A stretch of DNA of 64,000 bases from a virus. Positions 9,450-17,867 of the stretch are shown one piece after another; position 1 is the stretch's first letter, and each line of letters starts with the position of its first letter. The stretch covers positions 4,146 through 68,145 of the IMG/VR virus record IMGVR_UViG_3300025133_009964. One strand, 5' to 3'. The position numbers and the translations under genes were made by a program. The notes under the pieces are model-generated. The model had not been told where the DNA came from, did not search any database, and worked only from the letters and a program-made list of their open reading frames with translations.

Positions 9450-10026
9450 AAATTGGCGACAGTATCTCAATGAAATTGAATCTATAACTCCGATATTAGA
9501 CAAAGATGACATAGAAAAGACAATAACTGGCCCAGAATTTAGTTTTAACTCTTTAAAGACCTCATATCATCGATGGGGATACCAGCGCCCAAAAATTGAT
9601 TATTATTTTGATGAGCAAAGTAAGGATTGGAAGTATATGGCCTATATTTTAAATAATCCGGATAAACCAGACCTAGAGTCCGAAGAAAATGAAACTCTTG
9701 AAAACTTTTTGGGCCGTGTAAGAGATTTTCCTCGTCAATTAAAATTCAAATTTGGAGAATCTCTTTATTATGGTACCTCAACCACTTTTCAACAAGAAAT
9801 TACCGAAAACGGTATAAAAGCACCTAGTAAATGGGGAAGTTACGGCTTGGCAGAAGAAAATGCGATGAAAATCGTTGAAAAACACGGCGGGGAGCCAATG
9901 GTTATCCAAATACCCTGTTCAGAGTTCAAAAATGATTTTTTACTTGACGAAGCTAGTGAAAATGGTATAATTTATACTGAGGATTTTTTTATTAATTTAG
10001 AAAAACAAGAAAAAACGTTAGTATGA
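9433..10026 (+). CDS. Leader-bearing protein with a C-terminal ADP-ribosyltransferase-fold (KptA/Tpt1-like, degenerate) domain
   Basis: Leader MKLLLENWRQYLNE from ATG 9433; LYYGTS....ITENGIKAP...GGEPMVIQI resembles LYHGT...I...GL...PVVL.I. Confidence 0.5.
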   Translation: MKLLLENWRQYLNEIESITPILDKDDIEKTITGPEFSFNSLKTSYHRWGYQRPKIDYYFDEQSKDWKYMAYILNNPDKPDLESEENETLENFLGRVRDFPRQLKFKFGESLYYGTSTTFQQEITENGIKAPSKWGSYGLAEENAMKIVEKHGGEPMVIQIPCSEFKNDFLLDEASENGIIYTEDFFINLEKQEKTLV

Positions 10027-10033
10027 GTAAAAA

Positions 10034-10609
10034 ATGGTTAAAAATGAAGAAAAAACACTTCCATATGTGATTTATTGTGATATGGACGGCGTTTTGGTTG
10101 ATTTATTCGAGAATGGAGTGTATTTAGAGGCAAAAGATCCAAAAATACGCAAAAACCTTCAAAAGATCATCAAAATGAACTGGAAATGGTCAAAAGACCA
10201 CGAAGATCCCGATATTCAAGAGACTTTGGTCTGGATTCGGCAATTATTGGGCGATAATCGTCAATTTTGGGCCAATTTAAGGCCTCTTCCGGGTATTTTA
10301 CCCTTCTGGAAGCATTTGAATAGTGTCGGAACAGTAAAAATCCTTTCTCACCCTTGGGATGAGGCCTCTGCAGAGGGCAAAAGAGACTGGATTAAGAGAT
10401 ATTTGCTTCCAAATCTTAAAAATGAGGATATTTTGCTTCCATTAGACGGAAAAAAGGAAATTTGGGCTCAAAATGGTGGAAAACCTTGTGTTTTAATTGA
10501 TGATTTTACCACATATACGGAGAAATGGGAAGAAAATGGAGGTATTGCTATCTTGCATACATCAAATCAAACAACAATTCAAGCTTTAAAGAAGCTTGAA
10601 ACTACTTAA
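10034..10609 (+). CDS. HAD-family 5'(3')-deoxyribonucleotidase (NT5C-like)
   Basis: DMDGVLVD motif I; ILS; GKRDW; LIDD motif IV; W...GGIAILH. Confidence 0.85.
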   Translation: MVKNEEKTLPYVIYCDMDGVLVDLFENGVYLEAKDPKIRKNLQKIIKMNWKWSKDHEDPDIQETLVWIRQLLGDNRQFWANLRPLPGILPFWKHLNSVGTVKILSHPWDEASAEGKRDWIKRYLLPNLKNEDILLPLDGKKEIWAQNGGKPCVLIDDFTTYTEKWEENGGIAILHTSNQTTIQALKKLETT

Positions 10610-10621
10610 TAAAGGAATAAA

Positions 10622-10816
10622 ATGAATAAAATGAACGTAAATATTAATGATGCCGAAGATATGAAATGTCCAGAATGTGAAAATGAGTATTTTAAGCCTG
10701 TTTTCAGGGTTAAGAGGATAAGTGCCTTCATTTCGCCCTCCGGAGAAGAAACAATGATACCAGTTCAGCTTTTAGCGTGCACAAAATGTGACCATGTAGT
10801 GAGTGATATAGAATAA
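10622..10816 (+). CDS. Small zinc-ribbon protein
   Basis: CPEC ... CTKC; AAGGA RBS. Confidence 0.75.
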   Translation: MNKMNVNINDAEDMKCPECENEYFKPVFRVKRISAFISPSGEETMIPVQLLACTKCDHVVSDIE

Positions 10817-11812
10817 ATGCAACTTCAATACAAGAAATTATGGGAAGAATTCCAAAAAGATGCTCAAAAAATAGATTTGAGTAGTTTAAAGATTAAAAAT
10901 ACCTTAAATTCTAGTTTTTGGAGTGAAAATAACGACTTTGATCTTTACATTAGGGAAAGATTACTAGAAATAGCACAAGAATTCTTTGAAAATTTGGGGC
11001 TAGAGGGTGTTGAAATTGAAGATATAACACTAACTGGCTCATTAGCTAGCTATAATTGGTCTGAATATTCTGATATAGATCTTCATATTGTTATAGATTT
11101 TAAAAAAGTTGATGAAAATTTTGATTTAGTGCGTGAATATTTCAACGGAAAGACATTTATTTGGAATAATAAACATAAAATTGAGATTTTAGGCTATGAA
11201 GTAGAGATTTATGTACAAGATCCGAGCGAAACACACCATTCATTGGGAATTTTTTCCCTTTTAAGCAACGAATGGGTATCAGAGCCAACGAAAACAGACA
11301 AAAAGATCGATTTTGAAGGTACAAAAAAGAAAGCTATACAAGCTATAGACTGTATTGAGCGTGTTTTTGATCTTTTTGAGGATAAAAAGTATAAAAAAAC
11401 ACTAGAATGTGGTAAAAATATTAAAGAAAAGATTAAAAATATGCGAAAAACTGGTCTAGAAACTACCGGAGTTTTTTCAATTGAGAATTTAACGTTCAAA
11501 ATACTACGAAGAATGGATTACTTAGGGGATTTGAACGAAATAATTGATAAATCTTACGACAGAATACACTCTTTGGCAAAGAAATTCACAAAAAAGTTAA
11601 AAATATATGTTTCAGAGCCAGAAAAGAACGAAAAACCAGGTTTTTTTGCTTTAAATGAGCTTGAAAAATATCAAAAAAAGCTAAAAAGACGCCATAAAAG
11701 GCAGAAAAAACGCCTAATTGGACTGGGAAAACAGAAAAATAAGCCCCCATATAGCCATAAACCGGCCTATAAGAGGGCAAAATCAGCCCCTTCGGGGGCT
11801 GGCGGAGCTTAA
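10817..11812 (+). CDS. Pol-beta-superfamily nucleotidyltransferase with a basic tail
   Basis: TGSLASYNWSEYSDIDLHI (GS...DxD); EVEIYVQD. Confidence 0.8.
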   Translation: MQLQYKKLWEEFQKDAQKIDLSSLKIKNTLNSSFWSENNDFDLYIRERLLEIAQEFFENLGLEGVEIEDITLTGSLASYNWSEYSDIDLHIVIDFKKVDENFDLVREYFNGKTFIWNNKHKIEILGYEVEIYVQDPSETHHSLGIFSLLSNEWVSEPTKTDKKIDFEGTKKKAIQAIDCIERVFDLFEDKKYKKTLECGKNIKEKIKNMRKTGLETTGVFSIENLTFKILRRMDYLGDLNEIIDKSYDRIHSLAKKFTKKLKIYVSEPEKNEKPGFFALNELEKYQKKLKRRHKRQKKRLIGLGKQKNKPPYSHKPAYKRAKSAPSGAGGA

Positions 11813-11905
11813 AAAAGTACTCAAAAATATAGGTATTTATCTTTCTTAGATAAACAAAACTAATTATTTTTGAGTATTTTTTTAAAAAAGGGAATAAGAC
11901 AGAAA

Positions 11906-12961
11906 ATGACCTCTGCAAAATATAAAAATCGTATTAAAAATATCATTCTTAGTGAAACAAAGTCTTATTTCAAGAAATTAAAAGAAGAAGAAGGTGAAGA
12001 AGAGGAAGTATCTCCTGCAGAACCAGAAGCCGAACCAGACGAAGATGCCATGGCTGCGCAAGCGGAAAAAGAAACAGAAAAGAAAGCAGCTGAAACTGGC
12101 GAACAAGGGGGTGAAGGACAGCCTGCTGAAAAAGCAGGAAAATCTGGTTCTGGAGATTTTATGGCTAAACTTCTTGGTATGCATGTACCTACAACTGGTG
12201 GTGGATATTATGGAAGTGAAGAATACTTAAAAAAGTATTATGGTTCGACAGGTTCCGGACCAAAGTCAGCAGATATCGGTGGATCTGCAGGAGATACTCG
12301 TTCTCAAGGATCAACTTCTGGAGGATCGGGTGGTTCATCGACCGGCGGATCCGCTGGCGGTGATCGCTCTCAAAAATCAACTTCTAAGGGAAAAGACGCC
12401 GGCGATCGCGCACTCTCGGACACGCCGAAAACACCTAGAGGCGCTGTACTTAATCAGTTCGAGTGGGTCTCCATTGATAAGAGATCCAAGAGAACTAAAA
12501 AAGATTTGTTTTGGAATAGCGCGTCAGATGTACATTTAGATGATATTATGTTTGTAACACCAGAGGAGAGATACAAAATTTTTGAAGAGCTTATGGGTCG
12601 GTCTCATCCACAAGCAGATTCTGAACAAAAATTAAATCGTTTTATGACACTCCCTCGACTTTTTCATGACGCACCGGCAGAAGTTATTGGGGCAGTACTT
12701 CTTAGTTTCAATAGATATGGTACACAAGATGTTGCGGACGCCTTTAGGAAATATCATACAAACTATGAGCCTGGAAAAACCGATGACGAGTGGAAAAGCA
12801 AAGAAATGGCACGAAAGAAGGTATTATATCAAAAATACAAACAGATGGTATATAAAAGATATCTTGAAATTAAGGCCGAGCGAGATCGCGCCAGAGAAGA
12901 TCCGAGTGATCCCTTCGCATCAAACCCCTATGCGAAGGAAGATTTTTTTATAGAGGATTAG
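11906..12961 (+). CDS. Acidic, Gly/Ser-rich hypothetical protein (possible internal head protein)
   Basis: N-terminal RIKNIILSE...LKEEE; poly-E tract; duplicated GGSAG(D/G)xRSQxSTS. Confidence 0.65.
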   Translation: MTSAKYKNRIKNIILSETKSYFKKLKEEEGEEEEVSPAEPEAEPDEDAMAAQAEKETEKKAAETGEQGGEGQPAEKAGKSGSGDFMAKLLGMHVPTTGGGYYGSEEYLKKYYGSTGSGPKSADIGGSAGDTRSQGSTSGGSGGSSTGGSAGGDRSQKSTSKGKDAGDRALSDTPKTPRGAVLNQFEWVSIDKRSKRTKKDLFWNSASDVHLDDIMFVTPEERYKIFEELMGRSHPQADSEQKLNRFMTLPRLFHDAPAEVIGAVLLSFNRYGTQDVADAFRKYHTNYEPGKTDDEWKSKEMARKKVLYQKYKQMVYKRYLEIKAERDRAREDPSDPFASNPYAKEDFFIED

Positions 12962-12985
12962 GGGATTTTTAAGGAAATACACAAA

Positions 12986-13672
12986 TTGGAATATTCAATA
13001 CAAAATAATTCGAATAAAGATATGGAAAGCGTTACAAATATGGCTGGTAGTTTGTTACCATATGCCCAAAAGCGTTTGGGGTATAATCGTCCCGTAAGCA
13101 TTGTTTTTGAATCTGATTTTGAAAATTCTGAAAACATATTGGGAAAAACAGCTTATTATAATCCTTCTAGTGATCAAATTACTATTTTTGTTGACCAAAG
13201 ACATCCAAAAGATATTTTGAGATCTATTTCCCACGAATTAGTACATCATACACAAAATTGTAGAGGTGAATTTGATGGGAATAAGAGTGTTGGTGAAGGA
13301 TACGCTCAAGTCGACGAACATTTGAGAGAAATGGAAAGAGAAGCCTATTTAGAGGGACAATTACTTCTCAGAGATTGGGAAGACGGAATAAAAAAGGAGA
13401 ATTCTAGGATGAATGAACAAAAAGTTAGGGAGTTGGCTCGTAGTATTTTAAAGAAGCTTAATGAAAAGTTTGATAATAAGCTGGTTTTAAAACAAGAAGA
13501 ACAACAAATCGAAGAAGAAGATATTTCTGAAACAGAGGCTGTTGAAGAAGAGGTTATTGAGGAAGAAGAAGTCGTTGAGGAAGATTCTCAAAATGAAAAC
13601 CTCAATGAAAGCTTTACCTCAAAGAAAGAACAAAGACTTTTTAAAGCCCTTATGGGCAAGTGGTGCAAATAA
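12986..13672 (+). CDS. Zincin metallopeptidase domain fused to an acidic head/scaffold-like tail
   Basis: LGKTAYY, SHELVHHTQ, MEREAY; E-rich tail with LNE motifs; TTG start uncertain. Confidence 0.75.
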   Translation: MEYSIQNNSNKDMESVTNMAGSLLPYAQKRLGYNRPVSIVFESDFENSENILGKTAYYNPSSDQITIFVDQRHPKDILRSISHELVHHTQNCRGEFDGNKSVGEGYAQVDEHLREMEREAYLEGQLLLRDWEDGIKKENSRMNEQKVRELARSILKKLNEKFDNKLVLKQEEQQIEEEDISETEAVEEEVIEEEEVVEEDSQNENLNESFTSKKEQRLFKALMGKWCK

Positions 13673-13921
13673 ATGGAAGATGATGGTAGAGGTATCGATA
13701 AAGATTTTGTAATTCGCCGTCATGAAATTGTTAATTCTGAATGGAAGGCTGATGATACATCAATGCGAACTTATTTAGGAGCAAATTGTCGCCGATGTTG
13801 GGGACTTGCTTCTGCTTCAGAATTAGATACTCCCAGAGGAGTTCAACAAGTACCTATCATAAAATCTGTGCCTGGTGTTGTAAATTTGCATATGTCAGGA
13901 TACGCAGTTGTTAGAAGCTAA
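13673..13921 (+). CDS. Hypothetical protein
   Basis: ATG immediately after the previous TAA; 82-aa open frame. Confidence 0.5.
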   Translation: MEDDGRGIDKDFVIRRHEIVNSEWKADDTSMRTYLGANCRRCWGLASASELDTPRGVQQVPIIKSVPGVVNLHMSGYAVVRS

Positions 13922-13939
13922 AAAAAAGGAGAAAATATT

Positions 13940-14119
13940 ATGGCTAGCCCAAGATTAAGAAGAGCAAGAAAATTAGCAGCGCTTCGCGCAAGAAGAACAA
14001 CCGAAACAGTTGTAGTAACGCCGCCGGTAGTTGAAGAAACAGTTGTAGTAACGCCGCCGGTAGTTGAAGAAACACCTAAAGCTAAAGTAAAGAAAAAAAT
14101 GAGTAAAGCTAAAAAATAA
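13940..14119 (+). CDS. Small basic protein with a tandem repeat (59 aa; missed by the ORF track)
   Basis: AGGAGA RBS at 13927; MASPRLRRARKLAALRARRTT(ETVVVTPPVVE)x2ETPKAKVKKKMSKAKK*. Confidence 0.75.
   Translation: MASPRLRRARKLAALRARRTTETVVVTPPVVEETVVVTPPVVEETPKAKVKKKMSKAKK
14003..14074 (+). repeat. Perfect 33-bp tandem repeat (2 copies plus a partial copy)
   Basis: gaaacagttgtagtaacgccgccggtagttgaa at 14003 and 14036. Confidence 0.95.
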
Positions 14120-14130
14120 GGATTTAAACG

Positions 14131-17121
14131 ATGGGCTATAAACATATGTCCCACATATACGAGAATCCAGATCTCAAATTCTCTGAGATAAAGGATATCT
14201 TTATAAAGGCGTCAGAAGGAAAGTTGGAAGGAACTGAGAAAACTGATGGCCAAAATATGCACGTTTCTTTTTCTGTTGTAGACGGAAAAGCACGAGCTTC
14301 TAGAAATGATTCTATGCTTAAAGGCGTGTATGCTGTTAAAGATATGGGAAAGGTTCGCAAACACCCTCCCGGCGGCGTCGACGCAGTTGGCTGGGCTGAA
14401 AAATGGGCCGAGCATCCTTCAAAAACCGTTAGGGCTGCTTTTGCGGAGGCTTTTGAGATCTTTGAAACGGCAGCAAAATCTTTATCTCCAGAAGAGCAAG
14501 AAAAGATATTCGGTGATGGTGTCAATTACTTGATTTTTTATAATTGCGAAGTTCAAGATCCTAGAAATATGAACACAATTCGCTATGATAAAAAAACCCT
14601 AACAGTTCATAGGGTTGGACACCTATACATTGATTTAAAAGATGGTACGGTAAATGAAAATATAAGTGTAGAAAACTATGCATATGCTTTACAAAATTCT
14701 TTAAGAACAATGCAGAAAAGTATCGAAAATAGTGAATTTGCTTTCGAAATAAATGCGATTAGGCAACTCAAAGCCTTAACAGATAAAAAACCACTAGATA
14801 CTGCTCTCCGCGGATTAGAAAGTGTAATTAACGATGCAGGAGTGGCCGATTCTGGCACTGTTGGAGATTATACAATTGTAAGATTATTAGGAATGATTAG
14901 ACCTTACGTTAGTTTACCAGAAGAAAAAGAAAAATTATTATTAAAGAAGATATTAGGACACAAAGGTCTCAAGATTAATTTAGTTAAAAAAGATTTATCG
15001 CCTGAAGATAGAGAAGCAGTTGGCCAACTATATTCTGATCGTCGGAAGCTGTTAAATAATGCCATTAGACCAGTTGAGAATGTAATACATGATTTTGCTG
15101 TTGAAATGTTAAAGAGCTTTGAAAGTGCGTTTGTATTAAATCAAAAAGAAGAAGTTCAAAGATTAAGAAAAGCCGTTGAAAAAGAAAGAAAAGAAATTGA
15201 AAAATCCGGCAGTGAAGAAAAGATGGCCATATTGCTAAGGCATATGGAAAAAATTAAAGATATTGAAAATATTTCATCAGCTGCCGAAGGATTTGTTTTT
15301 GATTATGATGGAAAAACTTATAAATTTACCGGCAATTTCGCACCAATAAATCAAATTCTCGGAATTCAAAAATATGATAGAGTATCTACTCCACAAGAAG
15401 GAATGGAATATAAGCGTGATGATTCCAATAAAGAATTATCAGAACACGAAGAATATCAAGAAGAAACACTGTATGCTATATTTCCAGGAAAATTTAAGCC
15501 CCCGCAACGCGGTCACTTAAATGCTGTTGAGCATTATAGTAGAATTGTCGATAGTATGGCTGGTTCGAATGGAAAAGTTGTTATTATGGTTTCACCAAAA
15601 GAAAAAGAATATGGTGAAAATAATGAAAAGAAAATTACCTGGGATCAATCAATTGCAATTTGGAAACTTTATATAGAAGACGCGCACCTGAATAATGTCG
15701 ACATAATTAAATCCCCAAAAATGTCTCCAGTGGCCGCGGCCATTGATTTCGCTTCAGATATCGCAGAACCAGGCGATCGAATAATATTGGCCGGGAGTAC
15801 CAAAGGCGGCGATCACCAAAGATTTGCCGGAGATGTTAAAAAACACGCAGCTTTTGGAGTTGAAGTTTTAGATCCTATGGAATTTATTTATAAACCAGAA
15901 GAAATGGGTGGTGATCCAGATATGCACGCTACTGGTTTTCGTGATGCTTTAGCTGCTGGCGAAAATATAATAGGCTTTATACCAGAAACCTCAGCTTTTA
16001 GAGAAGAAGAGATAAGAAATATTTTGTCAGGAGAAGAAAAAAAAAGTCTGACTATGGAGTCCCTATTTTCTTTGGTTGAAGAGGCTCTAAGTGAAGATAA
16101 AAAACCAAATCCTTGGGCTATATGTACTTCAAAAGTCGGCAGAGAGGACAAAGATAAATATGAAAGATGTGTTAAAAGTATAAAATCAAAACATAATATT
16201 GACGAAGATCAATTAGAAGAAGAAGAATTAGAAGAAATTTCTGCAGTTTCTGGAGGGGGTATGCAAGGATCTCCTGGCACAAGAAAAAATAAGGAAACAC
16301 TAATTAGAGAAATACTACAGACAGGAGTAGCAACAATGTATAATGACAGAGAAGCATTAGTTCAAGAAACGCGTTTAAGAGGACTAATTCGTAAAGGCAT
16401 AAAAATAGTTTTAGAAAGACAAGATAAAGAAAAACAAAAATCTCTTTTAGAAGAAAAAAAGTTAAGAAAAGTTATTCGTGATTTGATTCTTGAAACCGCT
16501 ACAGGCGATAATGATCCTACTCCTCATGCATCTACTGGAATTAATGTCTTGGAAGATCTTCTTAAAAAGATTATTCCTGTCATAGAAATGGATTTTAAAA
16601 AATTAACCTCTAGTGATGACCAGAGAGTTTCATACAGAGCACATATGATACAAGCAGTTGAAGATACATTGGCGCCAGCAATTGCTTTGACCCACACTGG
16701 TCAAGAAGAAACACAAGAATTAGAAGAGCAGGAAGTTGATATTAATGTAGGGGAGACTCCACAAAATGATCCATCTTTTATTGATATTCGAACCGATAAA
16801 GAAAAATCTGCCGAAGAAGAGATTGAAGAGCCTGATGAAAAAGACGATTTTGGGATTGAAGGACAAGACCAAACAGGCAGAAATGTTGCTTTTGATACTT
16901 TTAAGAAAATTGGTACAAATATTGTCGATGCATATGATATTTTATCGGCCGATGAAGATAGAGAACTATTTTATGATTATTTAATCACAAATCTCAAGCT
17001 TTATTTTGATAAATTTGAAAACGATATGGGAGTCGTACAAGAACCTACTACTGATGAATACGAAGCTGAAGTCGGCCAGAAAGCTGAACCAGAAGCTGAA
17101 TTGTCTCAACTGCCTCTATAA
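14131..17121 (+). CDS. Multidomain protein: ATP-dependent ligase-like nucleotidyltransferase, HxGH-type cytidylyltransferase-like domain and acidic head/scaffold-like C-terminus
   Basis: EKTDGQN (motif I), NCEV, EGFVF, YKFTG; FPGKFKPPQRGH and MHATGFR; NPWAICT; LEEKKLRKVIRDLILE. Confidence 0.7.
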   Translation: MGYKHMSHIYENPDLKFSEIKDIFIKASEGKLEGTEKTDGQNMHVSFSVVDGKARASRNDSMLKGVYAVKDMGKVRKHPPGGVDAVGWAEKWAEHPSKTVRAAFAEAFEIFETAAKSLSPEEQEKIFGDGVNYLIFYNCEVQDPRNMNTIRYDKKTLTVHRVGHLYIDLKDGTVNENISVENYAYALQNSLRTMQKSIENSEFAFEINAIRQLKALTDKKPLDTALRGLESVINDAGVADSGTVGDYTIVRLLGMIRPYVSLPEEKEKLLLKKILGHKGLKINLVKKDLSPEDREAVGQLYSDRRKLLNNAIRPVENVIHDFAVEMLKSFESAFVLNQKEEVQRLRKAVEKERKEIEKSGSEEKMAILLRHMEKIKDIENISSAAEGFVFDYDGKTYKFTGNFAPINQILGIQKYDRVSTPQEGMEYKRDDSNKELSEHEEYQEETLYAIFPGKFKPPQRGHLNAVEHYSRIVDSMAGSNGKVVIMVSPKEKEYGENNEKKITWDQSIAIWKLYIEDAHLNNVDIIKSPKMSPVAAAIDFASDIAEPGDRIILAGSTKGGDHQRFAGDVKKHAAFGVEVLDPMEFIYKPEEMGGDPDMHATGFRDALAAGENIIGFIPETSAFREEEIRNILSGEEKKSLTMESLFSLVEEALSEDKKPNPWAICTSKVGREDKDKYERCVKSIKSKHNIDEDQLEEEELEEISAVSGGGMQGSPGTRKNKETLIREILQTGVATMYNDREALVQETRLRGLIRKGIKIVLERQDKEKQKSLLEEKKLRKVIRDLILETATGDNDPTPHASTGINVLEDLLKKIIPVIEMDFKKLTSSDDQRVSYRAHMIQAVEDTLAPAIALTHTGQEETQELEEQEVDINVGETPQNDPSFIDIRTDKEKSAEEEIEEPDEKDDFGIEGQDQTGRNVAFDTFKKIGTNIVDAYDILSADEDRELFYDYLITNLKLYFDKFENDMGVVQEPTTDEYEAEVGQKAEPEAELSQLPL

Positions 17122-17483
17122 TGTGGGAGCCGAAACGAAGAACATATTCGAAGCCAAATCAAGAATATTATTCAGTATCTAATAAATTAAAATCAGAGGG
17201 TAAAATTACTAATGATTTTGAAGTTATGTTGTCTTCTCTGACACTAGAAGATATTATAGCCCTTCGTTTGGAGCTAGCCGCAAAAGCGGTTAATGGAAAG
17301 CTTTATGGTTTAAAAATTTGGGAGTCAATTCCCAAGATTGTCAAAGAATCGGTTTTAAAATACACATATTCAGCCGCTAGAACTAAAAATGAAGCAGCTG
17401 CTTTTCTTGGAATAAACAAGAATGATTTTCGAAAATTACTTAAGCAGTTCGATATTACTAATTTTTTTCAAAAAAATACTTGA
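17121..17483 (+). CDS. HTH (Fis-like) DNA-binding protein
   Basis: C-terminal RTKNEAAAFLGINKNDFRKLLKQF. Confidence 0.6.
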   Translation: MWEPKRRTYSKPNQEYYSVSNKLKSEGKITNDFEVMLSSLTLEDIIALRLELAAKAVNGKLYGLKIWESIPKIVKESVLKYTYSAARTKNEAAAFLGINKNDFRKLLKQFDITNFFQKNT

Positions 17484-17507
17484 CTTTATATATTATATTC
17501 TTATAAT
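17480..17507 (+). promoter_or_regulatory. Sigma70-type promoter for the tmRNA
   Basis: TTGACT (17480), 16-nt spacer, TATAAT (17502); A-tract upstream. Confidence 0.75.
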
Positions 17508-17530
17508 TAAAAACAGCTCTTTAAAATTAT

Positions 17531-17843
17531 GGGGATGAATTGGTATCGACTGGATATCGAGAATATTAAGTGCAAGACTGTGTGGGTAGGCACAGTAAAA
17601 AAACCCAAACTTAAAAACGCCAACGATAATAGCGTTAATTTTGATTACGCCCTAGCGGCATAATCACGGGGCGGCAACAGCCTTGTTAATAAAAGTTGCA
17701 TTTAGTGTTTAACAATTTGAGAAAAAATGGTTATCCTGTTTGCAACAGGTGGGTGTTGAAAGGCTGGTAATTCAACTATTCTTGTGAATGACTTAATATT
17801 TAAAATATTTAGGACTCGGGTTCGACTCCCGACATCTCCACCA
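17531..17843 (+). ncRNA. ssrA: tmRNA
   Basis: 5' GGGGATG pairs with CATCTCC-ACCA 3', including the G3-U wobble; T-arm tcgggTTCGACTcccga; tag ORF 17619-17663 ANDNSVNFDYALAA*. Confidence 0.95.
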
Positions 17844-17867
17844 AGTACAAATTAAATGGAGGCCAAA

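Noticed and set aside
3092-9474. Leader repeats as a CRISPR array or attC sites
   Set aside because: They are protein-coding, 0.5-1.9 kb apart, vary mainly at synonymous positions and are not palindromic; no integrase is present.
13918-14154. Minus-strand 78-aa ORF
   Set aside because: Shadow of the + strand 59-aa gene, which has a strong RBS and matches the operon direction.
17531-17843. tRNA gene or prophage attachment site
   Set aside because: The tRNA-like ends enclose a tag ORF, so this is a tmRNA; no integrase or duplicated 3' end was seen, and phage-like genes lie on both sides.
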